A stretch of DNA of 64,000 bases. It comes from Solirubrobacterales bacterium. Its GTDB lineage: Bacteria > Actinomycetota > Thermoleophilia > Solirubrobacterales > 70-9. The notes under the pieces were generated by a model, which made no database searches, was not told the DNA's origin, and saw only the letters and a program-made list of their open reading frames with translations. Positions 26,048 to 35,618 of the stretch are shown here, piece after piece. Where the stretch lies: NCBI GenBank assembly GCA_035760445.1, contig DASTSW010000014.1, positions 27,794 to 91,793 of the forward strand, read 5' to 3'. The position numbers and the translations under genes are program-made. How positions within the stretch are numbered: the stretch's first letter is position 1; each line of letters opens with the position of its first letter.

Positions 26048-27559
26048 TTAAGAGGAGGTCGGGAAGTTCATGCCGCCGAAGCTGTCGGCCTCGGTTGCCG
26101 GCCAGCGGCTGGTGATCGCCTTGCCGCGGGTGTAGAAGCGGACTCCCTCGGGGCCGTGGATGTGGTGGTCGGCGAAGATCGAGTCCTTCCAACCACCGAA
26201 GGAGTAGAAGGCCATCGGCACCGGGATCGGGACGTTGATGCCGATCATCCCCACCTCGACCTGGCGCTGGAAGCGGCGGGCCTCGTAGCCGGAGCCGGTG
26301 AAGATCGCCGCGCCGTTGGCGTAGGAGTTGGCGTTGATCAGCGCGATCGCCTCCTCGAGGCTGCCGCTGCGGACGACCGAGAGGACCGGGCCGAAGATCT
26401 CCTCGTCATAGACCGACATCCCCGGCTCGACTTGGTCGATCACGGTTGGGCCGACCCAGAAGCCGCCGCCCTCGACCTCCAGCTCGCGGCCGTCGACGGT
26501 GACGCTGGCCCCGGCCTCGGCCCCCTGGCCGATGTAGCCGGCGATCCGGTCGCGGGCCTCGGGCGTCACCACCGGCCCCATCTCCGAGTCGGGATCGAGC
26601 CCGGGGCCGACCTTGATCTCCCGCGCCCGCTTAGCAACCTCTTCGACCACCGCGTCGCCCGAGTCGCCGACCGTGACCGCGACCGAGATCGCCATGCAGC
26701 GCTGCCCGGCCGAGCCGAAGCCGGCCGCGGCGAGTTGGTCGGCGGCGTAGTCGAGGTCGGCACTCGGCATCACCACTGCGTGGTTCTTGGCCCCGCCCAG
26801 TGCCTGCACCCGCTTGCGGTTCTCGCTGGCGCGGGAGTGGACGTAGGAGGCAATCGGGGTCGAGCCGACGAAGGAGATCGCCGCCACGTCGGGGTGGTCG
26901 AGCAGGGCGTCGACCGCGACCTTGTCGCCGTGGACGACGTTGAAGACGCCATCGGGGAGACCGGCCTCCGCGTAGAGCTCGGCAACCAGGTTGGAGGCCG
27001 AGGGGTCGCGCTCGGAGGGCTTGAGGACGAAGGTGTTGCCGCAGGCGATCGCGACCGGGTGCATCCACATCGGCACCATCGCCGGGAAGTTGAACGGGGT
27101 GATGCCGGCGCATACCCCGAGCGGCTGGCGGAAGGAGTAAGCGTCGACGGTGCTCGAGACCTGATCGGAGTACTCGCCCTTCAAGAGGTGCGGGATGCCG
27201 CAGGCGAACTCGACCACCTCGAGCCCGCGCAGGACCTCGCCCTTGGCGTCCTCCAGGACCTTGCCGTGCTCGGAGGAGACGACCCGCGCCAGCCGCTCGA
27301 CGTTGGCGTGCAGCAGCTGGCGGATGGCGAACATCACCTTGGCGCGGCGGCTGAGCGAGGCTTCGGACCACTCGGCGAAAGCGTCGCGCGCGGCGTCGAC
27401 GGCGGCGTCGACGTCGGCTGGCTCGGCCAACAGCACCTCGGCCTGCTGCACCCCCGTGGCGGGGTTCCAAACAGGCGCGGTCCGGGACGAGGCGCCAGTC
27501 AGTTCCTCGCCCCGGATCCGGTGACGGATCGTGCGTTTTGCGGTGACCGCGCTCACCAA
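26048..27559 (-). CDS. mmsA: CoA-acylating methylmalonate-semialdehyde dehydrogenase
   Basis: Aldehyde dehydrogenase fold with MmsA-type motifs FNFPAMVPMWMHPVAIACGNTFVLKPSERDP and GGAKNHAVVMPSADLD. Confidence 0.85.
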   Translation of the reverse strand: MVSAVTAKRTIRHRIRGEELTGASSRTAPVWNPATGVQQAEVLLAEPADVDAAVDAARDAFAEWSEASLSRRAKVMFAIRQLLHANVERLARVVSSEHGKVLEDAKGEVLRGLEVVEFACGIPHLLKGEYSDQVSSTVDAYSFRQPLGVCAGITPFNFPAMVPMWMHPVAIACGNTFVLKPSERDPSASNLVAELYAEAGLPDGVFNVVHGDKVAVDALLDHPDVAAISFVGSTPIASYVHSRASENRKRVQALGGAKNHAVVMPSADLDYAADQLAAAGFGSAGQRCMAISVAVTVGDSGDAVVEEVAKRAREIKVGPGLDPDSEMGPVVTPEARDRIAGYIGQGAEAGASVTVDGRELEVEGGGFWVGPTVIDQVEPGMSVYDEEIFGPVLSVVRSGSLEEAIALINANSYANGAAIFTGSGYEARRFQRQVEVGMIGINVPIPVPMAFYSFGGWKDSIFADHHIHGPEGVRFYTRGKAITSRWPATEADSFGGMNFPTSS

Positions 27560-27560
27560 G

Positions 27561-28517
27561 TCATTGTGCCGTGACCGGGGTCAATGGCCCTTGGCCTCTG
27601 AGTACAGAGATCGCGTTGCGGGCCGCCAACTCGGCCATCGCGGTGCGGGTCTCGACCGTGGCCGAGCCGAGGTGCGGGGTCAGGACCGCGTTCTCGAGCA
27701 GCAGCAGGCCGGGCTCGACCTCGGGCTCGCGCTCGAAGACGTCGATCCCGGCGGCGGCGATCCGGCGGTCGGCCAGCGCCTGGGCGAGCGCCAGCTCGTC
27801 GACGATCGGCCCGCGGGCGGCGTTGACGAGGACCGCGCTCGGCTTCATCGCCGTCAGCTGCTCGGCCCCGATCAGGTGGTGCGTCTCGGGGGTCAGCGGG
27901 CAGTGCAGGCTGATGACGTCGGAGCTGGCCAGCAGGTCCGCCAGCGGCAGGCGCTCCGCCTCCAGCTCGGCCTCCGCCGGCGAGGGATGGCGCGAGTGGT
28001 AGGCGATCTCCATCCCGAAGGCACGGGCGCGTTCGGCCACCCGGGTGCCGATCCCGCCGAGACCGACGATCCCCAGCCGCTTGCCCTGCAGCGAGCTGCC
28101 GAGCATGAACCCCATCCCCCAGCTCCAGGGCTGGCCCGAGCGGACCATGCGATCGCCCTCGACCAGCCGCCGCGTCGCCGCCAGGATCAGCGCCATGGTC
28201 AGGTCGGCGGTGGCGTCGTCGAGCACCCCCGGCGTATTGGTCACCACCACCCCTCGCCTTTCCGCCGCGGCGACGTCGACGTTGTCGTAGCCGACCGCGA
28301 CGTTGGCGACGCAGCGCAGTTGGGGCCCCGCGGCCTCGAGGAGCTCCTCGTCGACCGGATCGTGCAAGAGGGTGAGAAGCGCCTCGGTGCCACGCACCAG
28401 CTCCAACAGCTCGGCGCGCGGGATCGCCTTCTCGCGCTCGTCGATCCGCACCTCCCCCGCTTCTCGCAGCATTTCCACCGCGGACTCCGGGACCCGGTTG
28501 GTGACGGCAAAGATCAT
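27561..28517 (-). CDS. D-isomer-specific 2-hydroxyacid dehydrogenase (glyoxylate/hydroxypyruvate reductase-like)
   Basis: ATG at 28517 (MIFAVTNRVPES...). NAD motif GKRLGIVGLGGIGTRVAERARAFGM. Further motifs NTPGVLDDATADL and NAARGPIVDE. Confidence 0.85.
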   Translation of the reverse strand: MIFAVTNRVPESAVEMLREAGEVRIDEREKAIPRAELLELVRGTEALLTLLHDPVDEELLEAAGPQLRCVANVAVGYDNVDVAAAERRGVVVTNTPGVLDDATADLTMALILAATRRLVEGDRMVRSGQPWSWGMGFMLGSSLQGKRLGIVGLGGIGTRVAERARAFGMEIAYHSRHPSPAEAELEAERLPLADLLASSDVISLHCPLTPETHHLIGAEQLTAMKPSAVLVNAARGPIVDELALAQALADRRIAAAGIDVFEREPEVEPGLLLLENAVLTPHLGSATVETRTAMAELAARNAISVLRGQGPLTPVTAQ

Positions 28518-28530
28518 CGGCCGCGGCGGG

Positions 28531-29571
28531 TCAGGCCTGCTCCGGCCGCAGGACGACGAGACAGAGGTCGTCGCGGATCGGCCGGTCGGCCCAGCCGAGG
28601 ATCGTGCGCTCGGCCTCTTCGGCAACCACCCGCGCGGTGAGGCCGCTGAGCGGCGCCAGCACCCTCGTCAAGCCTTCGAGGCCGAGCATCTCGCGACCAC
28701 GCCGGACGTCGGTGGCGCCGTCGGTGTAGACGACGAGGCCCTCGCCGGCCTCGATCAGGCTTTCGGTGTTCTCCAGCTCCAGAACCGGCTCGGCGCCGAG
28801 CAGGAAGGTGCCGCCGCGGGCCGAGAGCTCGACCAGCTGCGGCATGCGCAGCGGCAGCGGGTGGCCGGCGCGGGCCCAGCAGACGCTGTCCTCGCCGGGG
28901 CGAAGGCGGATGCAGACCGCGCTGACCAGCTCCGAACGCCTCCCCGGCCGCTCGGCGAGCGCTGTGTTGACCATCGCCAGCAGCTCGGCCGGATCGCTGG
29001 TGTTGGCCGCGTAGGCAGCGAAGCGGGCGCGGATGAAGGTCGCCAGCTGTGCCGCCGCGGGGCCGTGCCCGACGACGTCGCCGACGATCGCGATCGTCGA
29101 GCCGTCGGGCCCGTTGGTCAGCAGGTAGAAGTCGCCGGAGACCCCCAGTTCGGAGGGGACGAAGGCGGCGGCGGCGTCGACCCCGGGCAGATCCGGCAGG
29201 TCAGCCGGAGCCAGCGCCGCCCGGATCGCCTCCAGTTCCTCGGCCGAGTGCTCCAGCACCCGCAGCCGCCGCGCGATCCAGGTGACGACCGCCACGACGA
29301 GAAGCAGGAAGGCGGCGCGAATCGCGAGCGCGAGCCCGAATTCGGAGACGGGCTCGATCGCGTGACCGACCGCGTAGAGGGCCAGGCAGACGGCCGCGAC
29401 TGCCAGCGCGATCCGCGGTCCGAACCACCAAGCCGTGAGCCCGACCGGCACCGAGTAGAAGAAGGCGATGCCGGTGTTGGAAGAGGCGGCCGCGACCCAG
29501 AGGATGAAGACGACGAGAACCGCGGTGGCGATCCAGGCGATGCGAGCGGTTCGCGACGGTGCACCCGGCAA
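28531..29571 (-). CDS. membrane-anchored PP2C/SpoIIE-family serine phosphatase
   Basis: N-terminal ~4 TM helices, then GVSGDFYLL...IAIVGDVVGHGPAAAQLATF...RAGHPLPL...LVVYTDGATD. TTG start at 29571; the start is uncertain. Confidence 0.8.
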   Translation of the reverse strand: MPGAPSRTARIAWIATAVLVVFILWVAAASSNTGIAFFYSVPVGLTAWWFGPRIALAVAAVCLALYAVGHAIEPVSEFGLALAIRAAFLLLVVAVVTWIARRLRVLEHSAEELEAIRAALAPADLPDLPGVDAAAAFVPSELGVSGDFYLLTNGPDGSTIAIVGDVVGHGPAAAQLATFIRARFAAYAANTSDPAELLAMVNTALAERPGRRSELVSAVCIRLRPGEDSVCWARAGHPLPLRMPQLVELSARGGTFLLGAEPVLELENTESLIEAGEGLVVYTDGATDVRRGREMLGLEGLTRVLAPLSGLTARVVAEEAERTILGWADRPIRDDLCLVVLRPEQA

Positions 29572-29625
29572 GGCCCGGGACCATACCGGCAGTGCACCTC
29601 GCGATGGGGCGGCTCGGCTAAGTCG

Positions 29626-29802
29626 CTAGTACCACTTGCCCTTGGCGAATCCGCCGAAGGCGATCAGCCCGATCAGGATGATGATGATCCCCAGCACGAC
29701 GCTCCAGAGGAGTGCCACCACGATCCCGATGATCACGAGAATCCCGCCTAACGAGATCCCGCCGATGCCCCCCCGGTCCCCTCTGTCTGCCCTGGTGTTC
29801 AT
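29626..29802 (-). CDS. 58-aa small membrane protein (hypothetical)
   Basis: ATG at 29802 is preceded by GGAGGAG on the minus strand. Translation MNTRADRGDRGGIGGISLGGILVIIGIVVALLWSVVLGIIIILIGLIAFGGFAKGKWY. Confidence 0.6.
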   Translation of the reverse strand: MNTRADRGDRGGIGGISLGGILVIIGIVVALLWSVVLGIIIILIGLIAFGGFAKGKWY

Positions 29803-29870
29803 CTGCTCCTCCGTTGTCGATTCCGATTGGACGACTGGTGCAGTCAATACCTACCCAGGGAAGCGGGATC

Positions 29871-30146
29871 TCACTCCGGTTCCGGGGCCTCCTCGCCGGG
29901 CCAGCTGCCGGTGAGCTTCGCGAACGAGGTGCGGCTGCCGTGGTCGACCAGGCCTTTGACGAGGCGGAAGATCGCCCCCTCGAGCACCAGTGCGCCGATC
30001 AGCTTCGGCCAGGAGAATTCGCGGTGCTCGGGCTTAGGCGGCTCGACTTCGTCGATCAGCCCCCAGACCTGTTCGAAGATCTTCTTGCCGAGCAACCCGG
30101 CGATCAGACCGAGGACGATGCTGATCGGGGCGAAGATGAACTTCAT
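29871..30146 (-). CDS. DUF4235 domain-containing protein
   Basis: MKFIFAPISIVLGLIAGLLGKKIFEQVWGLI...LEGAIFRLVKGLVDHG...LTGSWPGEE matches the DUF4235 pattern as I recall it. Confidence 0.75.
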   Translation of the reverse strand: MKFIFAPISIVLGLIAGLLGKKIFEQVWGLIDEVEPPKPEHREFSWPKLIGALVLEGAIFRLVKGLVDHGSRTSFAKLTGSWPGEEAPEPE

Positions 30147-30165
30147 CGGATAACTGCCTCCTTGG

Positions 30166-31128
30166 TCAAGTGGTCTTCTGGTCCTTCGGCTCGTCGCGCG
30201 GCTCGAGCTGGATCTCCTTCTCGGCCCGCGGCACACCTTCCTCGATCTCGGCGCTGCGCTCGCGCTCGGCGTTCATCTGGTGGCCGAAGAGGATCGCCAG
30301 GTTGGTGATCCAGAACCAGAGCAGCAGCACGATCAGGCCGCCGAGGGTGCCGTAGGTCTTGTCGTAGGAGCCGAAGTTGGCGACGTAGAAGGCGAACAGC
30401 GCCGAGGCGATAGCCCAGACCACGAGCGCCAGCACGGCACCGGGGGTGACCCACTTGAACCCGCGCAGCTTCACATTCGGGCTGGCGTAATAGAGAAGGT
30501 CGACCATGAGAACGAAGATCGCCGCCATCACCGGCCACTTGGCGACGTTCCAGATGTCGACCGCGGTGCCGCTGAGGCCGACCGGCCCGGCGATCGCCTC
30601 GACCACCGGCCCGGTGAGGACGAGCCCGACGGCGAGCAGCGCCATCATCAGGATCATCGCCAGGGTGACCGCGATCTGCAGCGGCCGCAGCTTCCAGAAG
30701 GGGCGGCCCTCGGGGGTCTCGTAGATGATGTTGGAGGCGCGGGTAAAGGCACCGACGTAGCCCGAGGCCGACCACAGCGCCGCCGCCAGGCCGATGACGA
30801 AGGCGAACCCCGCCGCGCTTTGGTTTTCGGCGATCGAGTCGATCGGGCCTTCGAAGGTTTCCGCCGCCGAGGCGGGCCCGAGTTCGGTGATGATTTCCGT
30901 CAGCGTGTCGGTGGTGGTTTTGGGGTCGCCGAAGATCCCGATCAGGGAGAGCATCGCGATCAACGCCGGGAACAGCGCCAGCAGCCCGTAATAGGTGAGC
31001 GCCGCCGCCCAGTCGCTGAGGTTGTCCTCCTGGAACTCGGTCAGCGTCCGCTTCAGGGTGGCGAAGAGGCCGGTCTTCGGGGCCGCGCCCTCGGGCTCGT
31101 AGTCGCGCCTGATCGCTCCGCTCTCCAT
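30166..31128 (-). CDS. YihY/BrkB (virulence factor BrkB) family membrane protein
   Basis: DWAAALTYYGLLALFPALIAMLSLIG plus 6 TM segments and a charged C-terminal tail. Confidence 0.85.
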   Translation of the reverse strand: MESGAIRRDYEPEGAAPKTGLFATLKRTLTEFQEDNLSDWAAALTYYGLLALFPALIAMLSLIGIFGDPKTTTDTLTEIITELGPASAAETFEGPIDSIAENQSAAGFAFVIGLAAALWSASGYVGAFTRASNIIYETPEGRPFWKLRPLQIAVTLAMILMMALLAVGLVLTGPVVEAIAGPVGLSGTAVDIWNVAKWPVMAAIFVLMVDLLYYASPNVKLRGFKWVTPGAVLALVVWAIASALFAFYVANFGSYDKTYGTLGGLIVLLLWFWITNLAILFGHQMNAERERSAEIEEGVPRAEKEIQLEPRDEPKDQKTT

Positions 31129-31169
31129 GCCCTTCCAGTGCCCGAAGCGACCGGGTTTCTAACGAAGCG

Positions 31170-32627
31170 TCAGAGCGGCCGCTCGAGCTCGACCTCCGTT
31201 GCGGGCTTGTCCTCGCGCAGGCCCTTGTAGGCGGCGTGGCGGAGGATCCCCTCCTTGGTCAGCTCGCGGAACTCGAACTCGGCGACCAGCTCCGGTGCGG
31301 CGAAGTGGGCGCCTTTCGGCGGCTTCGGGCCGGCGCCGAAGGGGCTGTCCCCGCGCTCCAGCGACGCCAGGCGCCGGTTCAATTCGGTCAGGTCGCTGGC
31401 CTTGAACCCAGTCCCGACTTTGCCGCCGTAGCGCAGCACGCGCTCCTCGCCGTCCCCCTCGTAGTAGCCGACCAGCAGCGCCCCGAGGTGCTGTTTGCGC
31501 CGCCCTTCCCCCGGGGTCCAGCCGCCGATCACCAGCTCCTGGCGCAGGGTGTTCTTCACCTTCAGCCAGTTGCCGTTGCGCTTGCCGGGCGCGTAAGCGC
31601 TGTCGAGCCGCTTCAGGACCATTCCCTCCAGGCCCTGCTCGCGGCTCGCCGCCAGCAACTGCTCGGCCTGGCCCACCGAGTAGCCCGGGGTCTGCCAGCT
31701 CTCGCCCTCCAGCTTCAGCTCCTCGAGCAGCTCGCGGCGGCGCTCGTAGGGGAGGCCGGTGAAGTCGTAGCCGTTGAAGTAGAGGATGTCGAAGACCATG
31801 TAGACGACGGGGTGGGTCTTCATCCGTCGCCGCACGACGCTCTGGTCGGTCTGGTGGATGCGCTGCTGCAGCCGCTCGAAGCTGGGGCGGCCATCCTCCT
31901 CGAAGGCGACCAGCTCGCCGTCCAGGACGGCGTCGAAGGAGCCGAGCTGACGGGCGATGCCTTTGACCTCGGGGTACTGGGCGGTGACATCGTTGAGGTT
32001 GCGGGTCTGCAGCTTCACCCGGCCGGGCTGGCAGTAGGCGAGCGCCCGCACCCCGTCCCACTTCACCTCGACCCCCCAGCCGGAGTCGTCTTTGGGCAGG
32101 GTCGAGAGCCGCGCCAGCATCGGCACCACGTTCTCGGGGAACGGGTCGCGCTCGCGCTCGGGCGGGTCGATCCGGTGGATCATCCAGTCCTTCGCCGCTT
32201 TGCCGGCGCGGAAGAGCGCGTAGCGGCCGCGCAACCGCTCGCCTTCGAACTGGACCATCACTTTCTGCGGCTCCCACTTCTCCAGCTCGTAGGTGCCGCT
32301 GTCCCAGATCTTCATCGTCCCGGCGCCGTACTCACCGGCCGGGATCTCCCCCTCCCACTCCAGGTACTCGAGGGGGTGGTCCTCGGTGCGGACCGCCTTG
32401 CGATTCTCGGCCGGGTCCTCGGGGATGCCATTGGGGATCGCCCAGGAGGCGGCGACGCCGTCGTGCTCGAGCCGCAGGTCCCAGTGCAGGCGGCGGGCGC
32501 TGTGTTCCTGGACGACGAAGCGCGGCTTGCCTTTTTCCTTCCCCCGCCCTTTCGATCTCGGCTCGGCGGTCTTCGCGAAGTCCCGCTTGCGCTCGTACTC
32601 CTCCAGTTCCCGCTTGCGCTTCGGCAT
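31170..32627 (-). CDS. ligD: ATP-dependent DNA ligase LigD with phosphoesterase + ligase domains and no polymerase domain
   Basis: PE domain YERKRDFAKTAEP...RFVVQEHSARRLHWDLRLEHDGVAASWAIPNGIP. Ligase adenylation motif VEVKWDGVRALAY. 485 aa. Confidence 0.85.
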   Translation of the reverse strand: MPKRKRELEEYERKRDFAKTAEPRSKGRGKEKGKPRFVVQEHSARRLHWDLRLEHDGVAASWAIPNGIPEDPAENRKAVRTEDHPLEYLEWEGEIPAGEYGAGTMKIWDSGTYELEKWEPQKVMVQFEGERLRGRYALFRAGKAAKDWMIHRIDPPERERDPFPENVVPMLARLSTLPKDDSGWGVEVKWDGVRALAYCQPGRVKLQTRNLNDVTAQYPEVKGIARQLGSFDAVLDGELVAFEEDGRPSFERLQQRIHQTDQSVVRRRMKTHPVVYMVFDILYFNGYDFTGLPYERRRELLEELKLEGESWQTPGYSVGQAEQLLAASREQGLEGMVLKRLDSAYAPGKRNGNWLKVKNTLRQELVIGGWTPGEGRRKQHLGALLVGYYEGDGEERVLRYGGKVGTGFKASDLTELNRRLASLERGDSPFGAGPKPPKGAHFAAPELVAEFEFRELTKEGILRHAAYKGLREDKPATEVELERPL

Positions 32628-32638
32628 AGGATCGATTC

Positions 32639-35608
32639 TTGCGCGCCACCCGGCTCAGCCTCGCCCTCGTCTGCCTCGCCTTGCTGGTGAGCGCAAGCCT
32701 GGCGCTCGCCGCCAAGCCCGCCGGCGAACCGTTCTTCCCCCGCGCCGGCAACGAGGGCTACGACGCGCTCGCCTACGACGTAAACATCGCCTTCAAGCCG
32801 AAGAGCGGCCGGGTCAAGGCCGTGACCAGGATCGAAGCTGCCGCGACCAGGTCGCTGAAGCGCTTCTCCTTCGACTTCTTCGGCCCCCGCGTCAGCGCGG
32901 TCGAAGTCGACGGCGAGCCGGCGCGATTCGGCCGCCGGCCGGGCAAGCTGATCGTCACCCCTGCGGCGGCGATTACCAAGGGGGCGAACTTCACCACGGT
33001 CGTCCGCTACAGCGGCATTCCGCCGAAGATCACCGATCCCGACGGCAGCGAAGAGGGCTGGTACCGCACCGGCGACGGGGTGATCGCGGTCGGCGAGCCC
33101 CAGGGGACGGCGGCCTGGATCCCCTGCAACAACGTCCCCGCCGACAAGGCGAGCTTCGAGTTCCACGTCACCGTGACCGATGGGCTGAAAGCGGTCGCCA
33201 ACGGGCGACGGCTGCGCAGCGTCAACAAGTCCGGCAGCGTCCAGCACAACTGGTTCGAACCGGCGCCGATGAGCCCCTACCTCGCCCTGCTCAACGTCGG
33301 CCGCGGCGAGGTCGTCAAGAGCCGGATCGGCAACCTGCCGAGCTGGACGCTGATCGACCCGCGTCTGGCAGGGGCGAAAAAGCCGCTGGCAAAGCTGCCA
33401 GAGGTCGTCCGCTTCCTCTCCGGCATCTACGGCGCCTACCCCTTCAACTCCGCCGGCTCGGCGGTCGACTTCGCACCGGAACTCGGCTACGCGCTGGAGA
33501 CCCAGAGCCGGCCGATCTACGCCTTCGTCCCCGACCTGACCACGGTCGTCCACGAGACCGCGCACCAGTGGTTCGGCGACTCCGTCGGGCTGCAGCGCTG
33601 GCCGCAGATCTGGCTCAACGAGGGGTTCGCGACCTGGAGCGAGTGGTACTACGCAGAGCGCCACGGGCGCCGCAGCGCACAGGCCATCTTCCGCCGCCTC
33701 TACCGGGTGCCGGCTTCGAACAAGCACTTCTGGAACCCACCGCCGGCGCGACCCGGCAGCCCGAAGAACCTCTTCGCCAGCTCGACCTACGTGCGCGGCG
33801 GCATGGCCCTGGAGGCGCTGCGGCAGAAGATCGGCACGCAGACGATGCTGCGTTTGCTGCGCCGCTGGCTGGCGGTCCACGAATACGGCAGCGCCAACAT
33901 CGGCGAGTTCAAGGCCCTCGCCGAGCAGCTCTCGGGGCTCGGCCTCGACCGATTTTTCCAGCGCTGGCTCTACCAGCAGGGCAAGCCGCTCGCCCCGGCC
34001 ACGAATGCTCGCCGGGCCCGGGTCGAGCAGCCGACGGGCGTCGACGTGGGCCGCGCCGCGATCGGCACCTCCGCCAACGGTCTCGCCTCGATCCTCGCCC
34101 CGGTCGACTACCCCATCCACCTAGCGGGCCGGGTCGTCAAGACCCGGATCTCCCTCGTCGAGGGCCGCCGCGAACGGAGGATTCGCTCCTGGGTCCTGCA
34201 CGAACGACTGAGCGCCGGCGAGATCCAGCGGCCAGACCGGCACCGTCACTTCGAATTCGTCCACAAAATCGGCCTGAACGAGAACTTGAGTCGGAGGCTG
34301 CGGGAGGGAGCCTGGGTCCAGGTGATCGCCAGCGGCGCCCTCGACGTCGATGAGAACGGCAAGCCCGAGCTGCGCTCGGTCGACTTCTCGACCAGCAGAC
34401 CGCCAGCCGGAGCGCCCCGAAAGACGGTCTGCAGCAGCATTCCCCACCTGCGGGTGAAGCGGGGGGCGCGGGTCTCGCTGCCGCTGCCGGTCTGCAATAA
34501 GGACCCGGACTGGCTGGTCTCACTCAGCGCGACCCGCGGCTCGGTCCGGATCCGGGGCGGGCGGTTGATCTACACGGCGCCGGAGCGGTTTCGCGGCAGC
34601 GACCAGATCAAGCTCTTCGGCAGGGGGACGCGGCAGTACGCGCGGGTCACCGTTGGCGCCCCGAGCGGGCTCGTCGTCCGCGCCCTCGGCGACTCGGTCA
34701 CCGCCGGCTTTGGCTACTTCTCCAGCGGCAAGAAGATGCCGTTCGAAGACCTGCTCGACTGCCGCCCGGCGGCGAAGCAGTTCAACGACGCCTGCTCGTC
34801 GAACTCGCTGAACGAAGAATCCGAAGAAGGCCCGGTCAAGTACGCGCCCGATTACGGGCTTGCGAGCAAAGTCTCCTGGGCGGCGCAGTGGGCGAGCGAG
34901 TACGGCGTCACCAACTACAAGAACTTCGCGATCAGCGGCTCGGAACCGAAGAACTGGGCGCCGGGGGGCGAATTCCACTCCCTGACGGAAAAGATCGAGT
35001 CCGAAGACCCCGACTACATCCTGCTCACCCTGGGTGCCAACCCGCTGCTCTCGAACGTCCTCTTCGGCTTGCAGAACATGGAGTGCGCGATCGAATCGGA
35101 ACTGCCGGAATTCGAAGCCTGCGTGCGGGAAGAATTCGCCAAGGTCGGATTGCGGCAGAACCTGCGCAGCGTCTACGCCGACCTCCTCGCCAACACCCAA
35201 GCGACGATCTTCCTCATGCAGTACCACCTCTCCGTCCCCTGGAGCGCGCTGGCCTACAGCGCGACCGAGATCGCCGCGATGGGCAACTTGCTGAACCTGG
35301 AAATCGCCTCGGTCGCGGCGGAAACGGGCAGCAGCCGGCTGCGGGTCGTCACCCCGCCCCACTTCAACGTCGGCGTCGACATCTCGCCGGTCTACCCGTC
35401 CCGCCACACCTGCCGCGTCTATCCCGTCGACGGGCCCAGCGTGCAGTCGACCGGAACCCAGGACGAGCTCGAGAGCCACATCCTCTCCTTCTGCTCGGGG
35501 CCGGCCGGCGGCGGCGAACCGTGGGTGATCAACGGCGACACCGGCATCCACCCCAGCGCCGCCGGCTACACGCAGATGGCCTCCCAGGTCCCGGCGCCGA
35601 CGTCCTGA
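32639..35608 (+). CDS. secreted fusion of an M1-family zinc metallopeptidase, an unknown middle domain and a C-terminal SGNH/GDSL hydrolase
   Basis: TTG start at 32639; an in-frame TAG at 32627 excludes upstream starts, and AGGA lies 7 nt upstream. Signal peptide RATRLSLALVCLALLVSASLALA. M1 motifs HETAHQWFGDSV and WLNEGFATWSEW. SGNH block I VVRALGDSVTAGFGYF. Later LLTLGANP and a GD...HPS-type end (NGDTGIHPSAAGY). Confidence 0.8.
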   Translation: MRATRLSLALVCLALLVSASLALAAKPAGEPFFPRAGNEGYDALAYDVNIAFKPKSGRVKAVTRIEAAATRSLKRFSFDFFGPRVSAVEVDGEPARFGRRPGKLIVTPAAAITKGANFTTVVRYSGIPPKITDPDGSEEGWYRTGDGVIAVGEPQGTAAWIPCNNVPADKASFEFHVTVTDGLKAVANGRRLRSVNKSGSVQHNWFEPAPMSPYLALLNVGRGEVVKSRIGNLPSWTLIDPRLAGAKKPLAKLPEVVRFLSGIYGAYPFNSAGSAVDFAPELGYALETQSRPIYAFVPDLTTVVHETAHQWFGDSVGLQRWPQIWLNEGFATWSEWYYAERHGRRSAQAIFRRLYRVPASNKHFWNPPPARPGSPKNLFASSTYVRGGMALEALRQKIGTQTMLRLLRRWLAVHEYGSANIGEFKALAEQLSGLGLDRFFQRWLYQQGKPLAPATNARRARVEQPTGVDVGRAAIGTSANGLASILAPVDYPIHLAGRVVKTRISLVEGRRERRIRSWVLHERLSAGEIQRPDRHRHFEFVHKIGLNENLSRRLREGAWVQVIASGALDVDENGKPELRSVDFSTSRPPAGAPRKTVCSSIPHLRVKRGARVSLPLPVCNKDPDWLVSLSATRGSVRIRGGRLIYTAPERFRGSDQIKLFGRGTRQYARVTVGAPSGLVVRALGDSVTAGFGYFSSGKKMPFEDLLDCRPAAKQFNDACSSNSLNEESEEGPVKYAPDYGLASKVSWAAQWASEYGVTNYKNFAISGSEPKNWAPGGEFHSLTEKIESEDPDYILLTLGANPLLSNVLFGLQNMECAIESELPEFEACVREEFAKVGLRQNLRSVYADLLANTQATIFLMQYHLSVPWSALAYSATEIAAMGNLLNLEIASVAAETGSSRLRVVTPPHFNVGVDISPVYPSRHTCRVYPVDGPSVQSTGTQDELESHILSFCSGPAGGGEPWVINGDTGIHPSAAGYTQMASQVPAPTS

Positions 35609-35618
35609 GGGACCGGGC

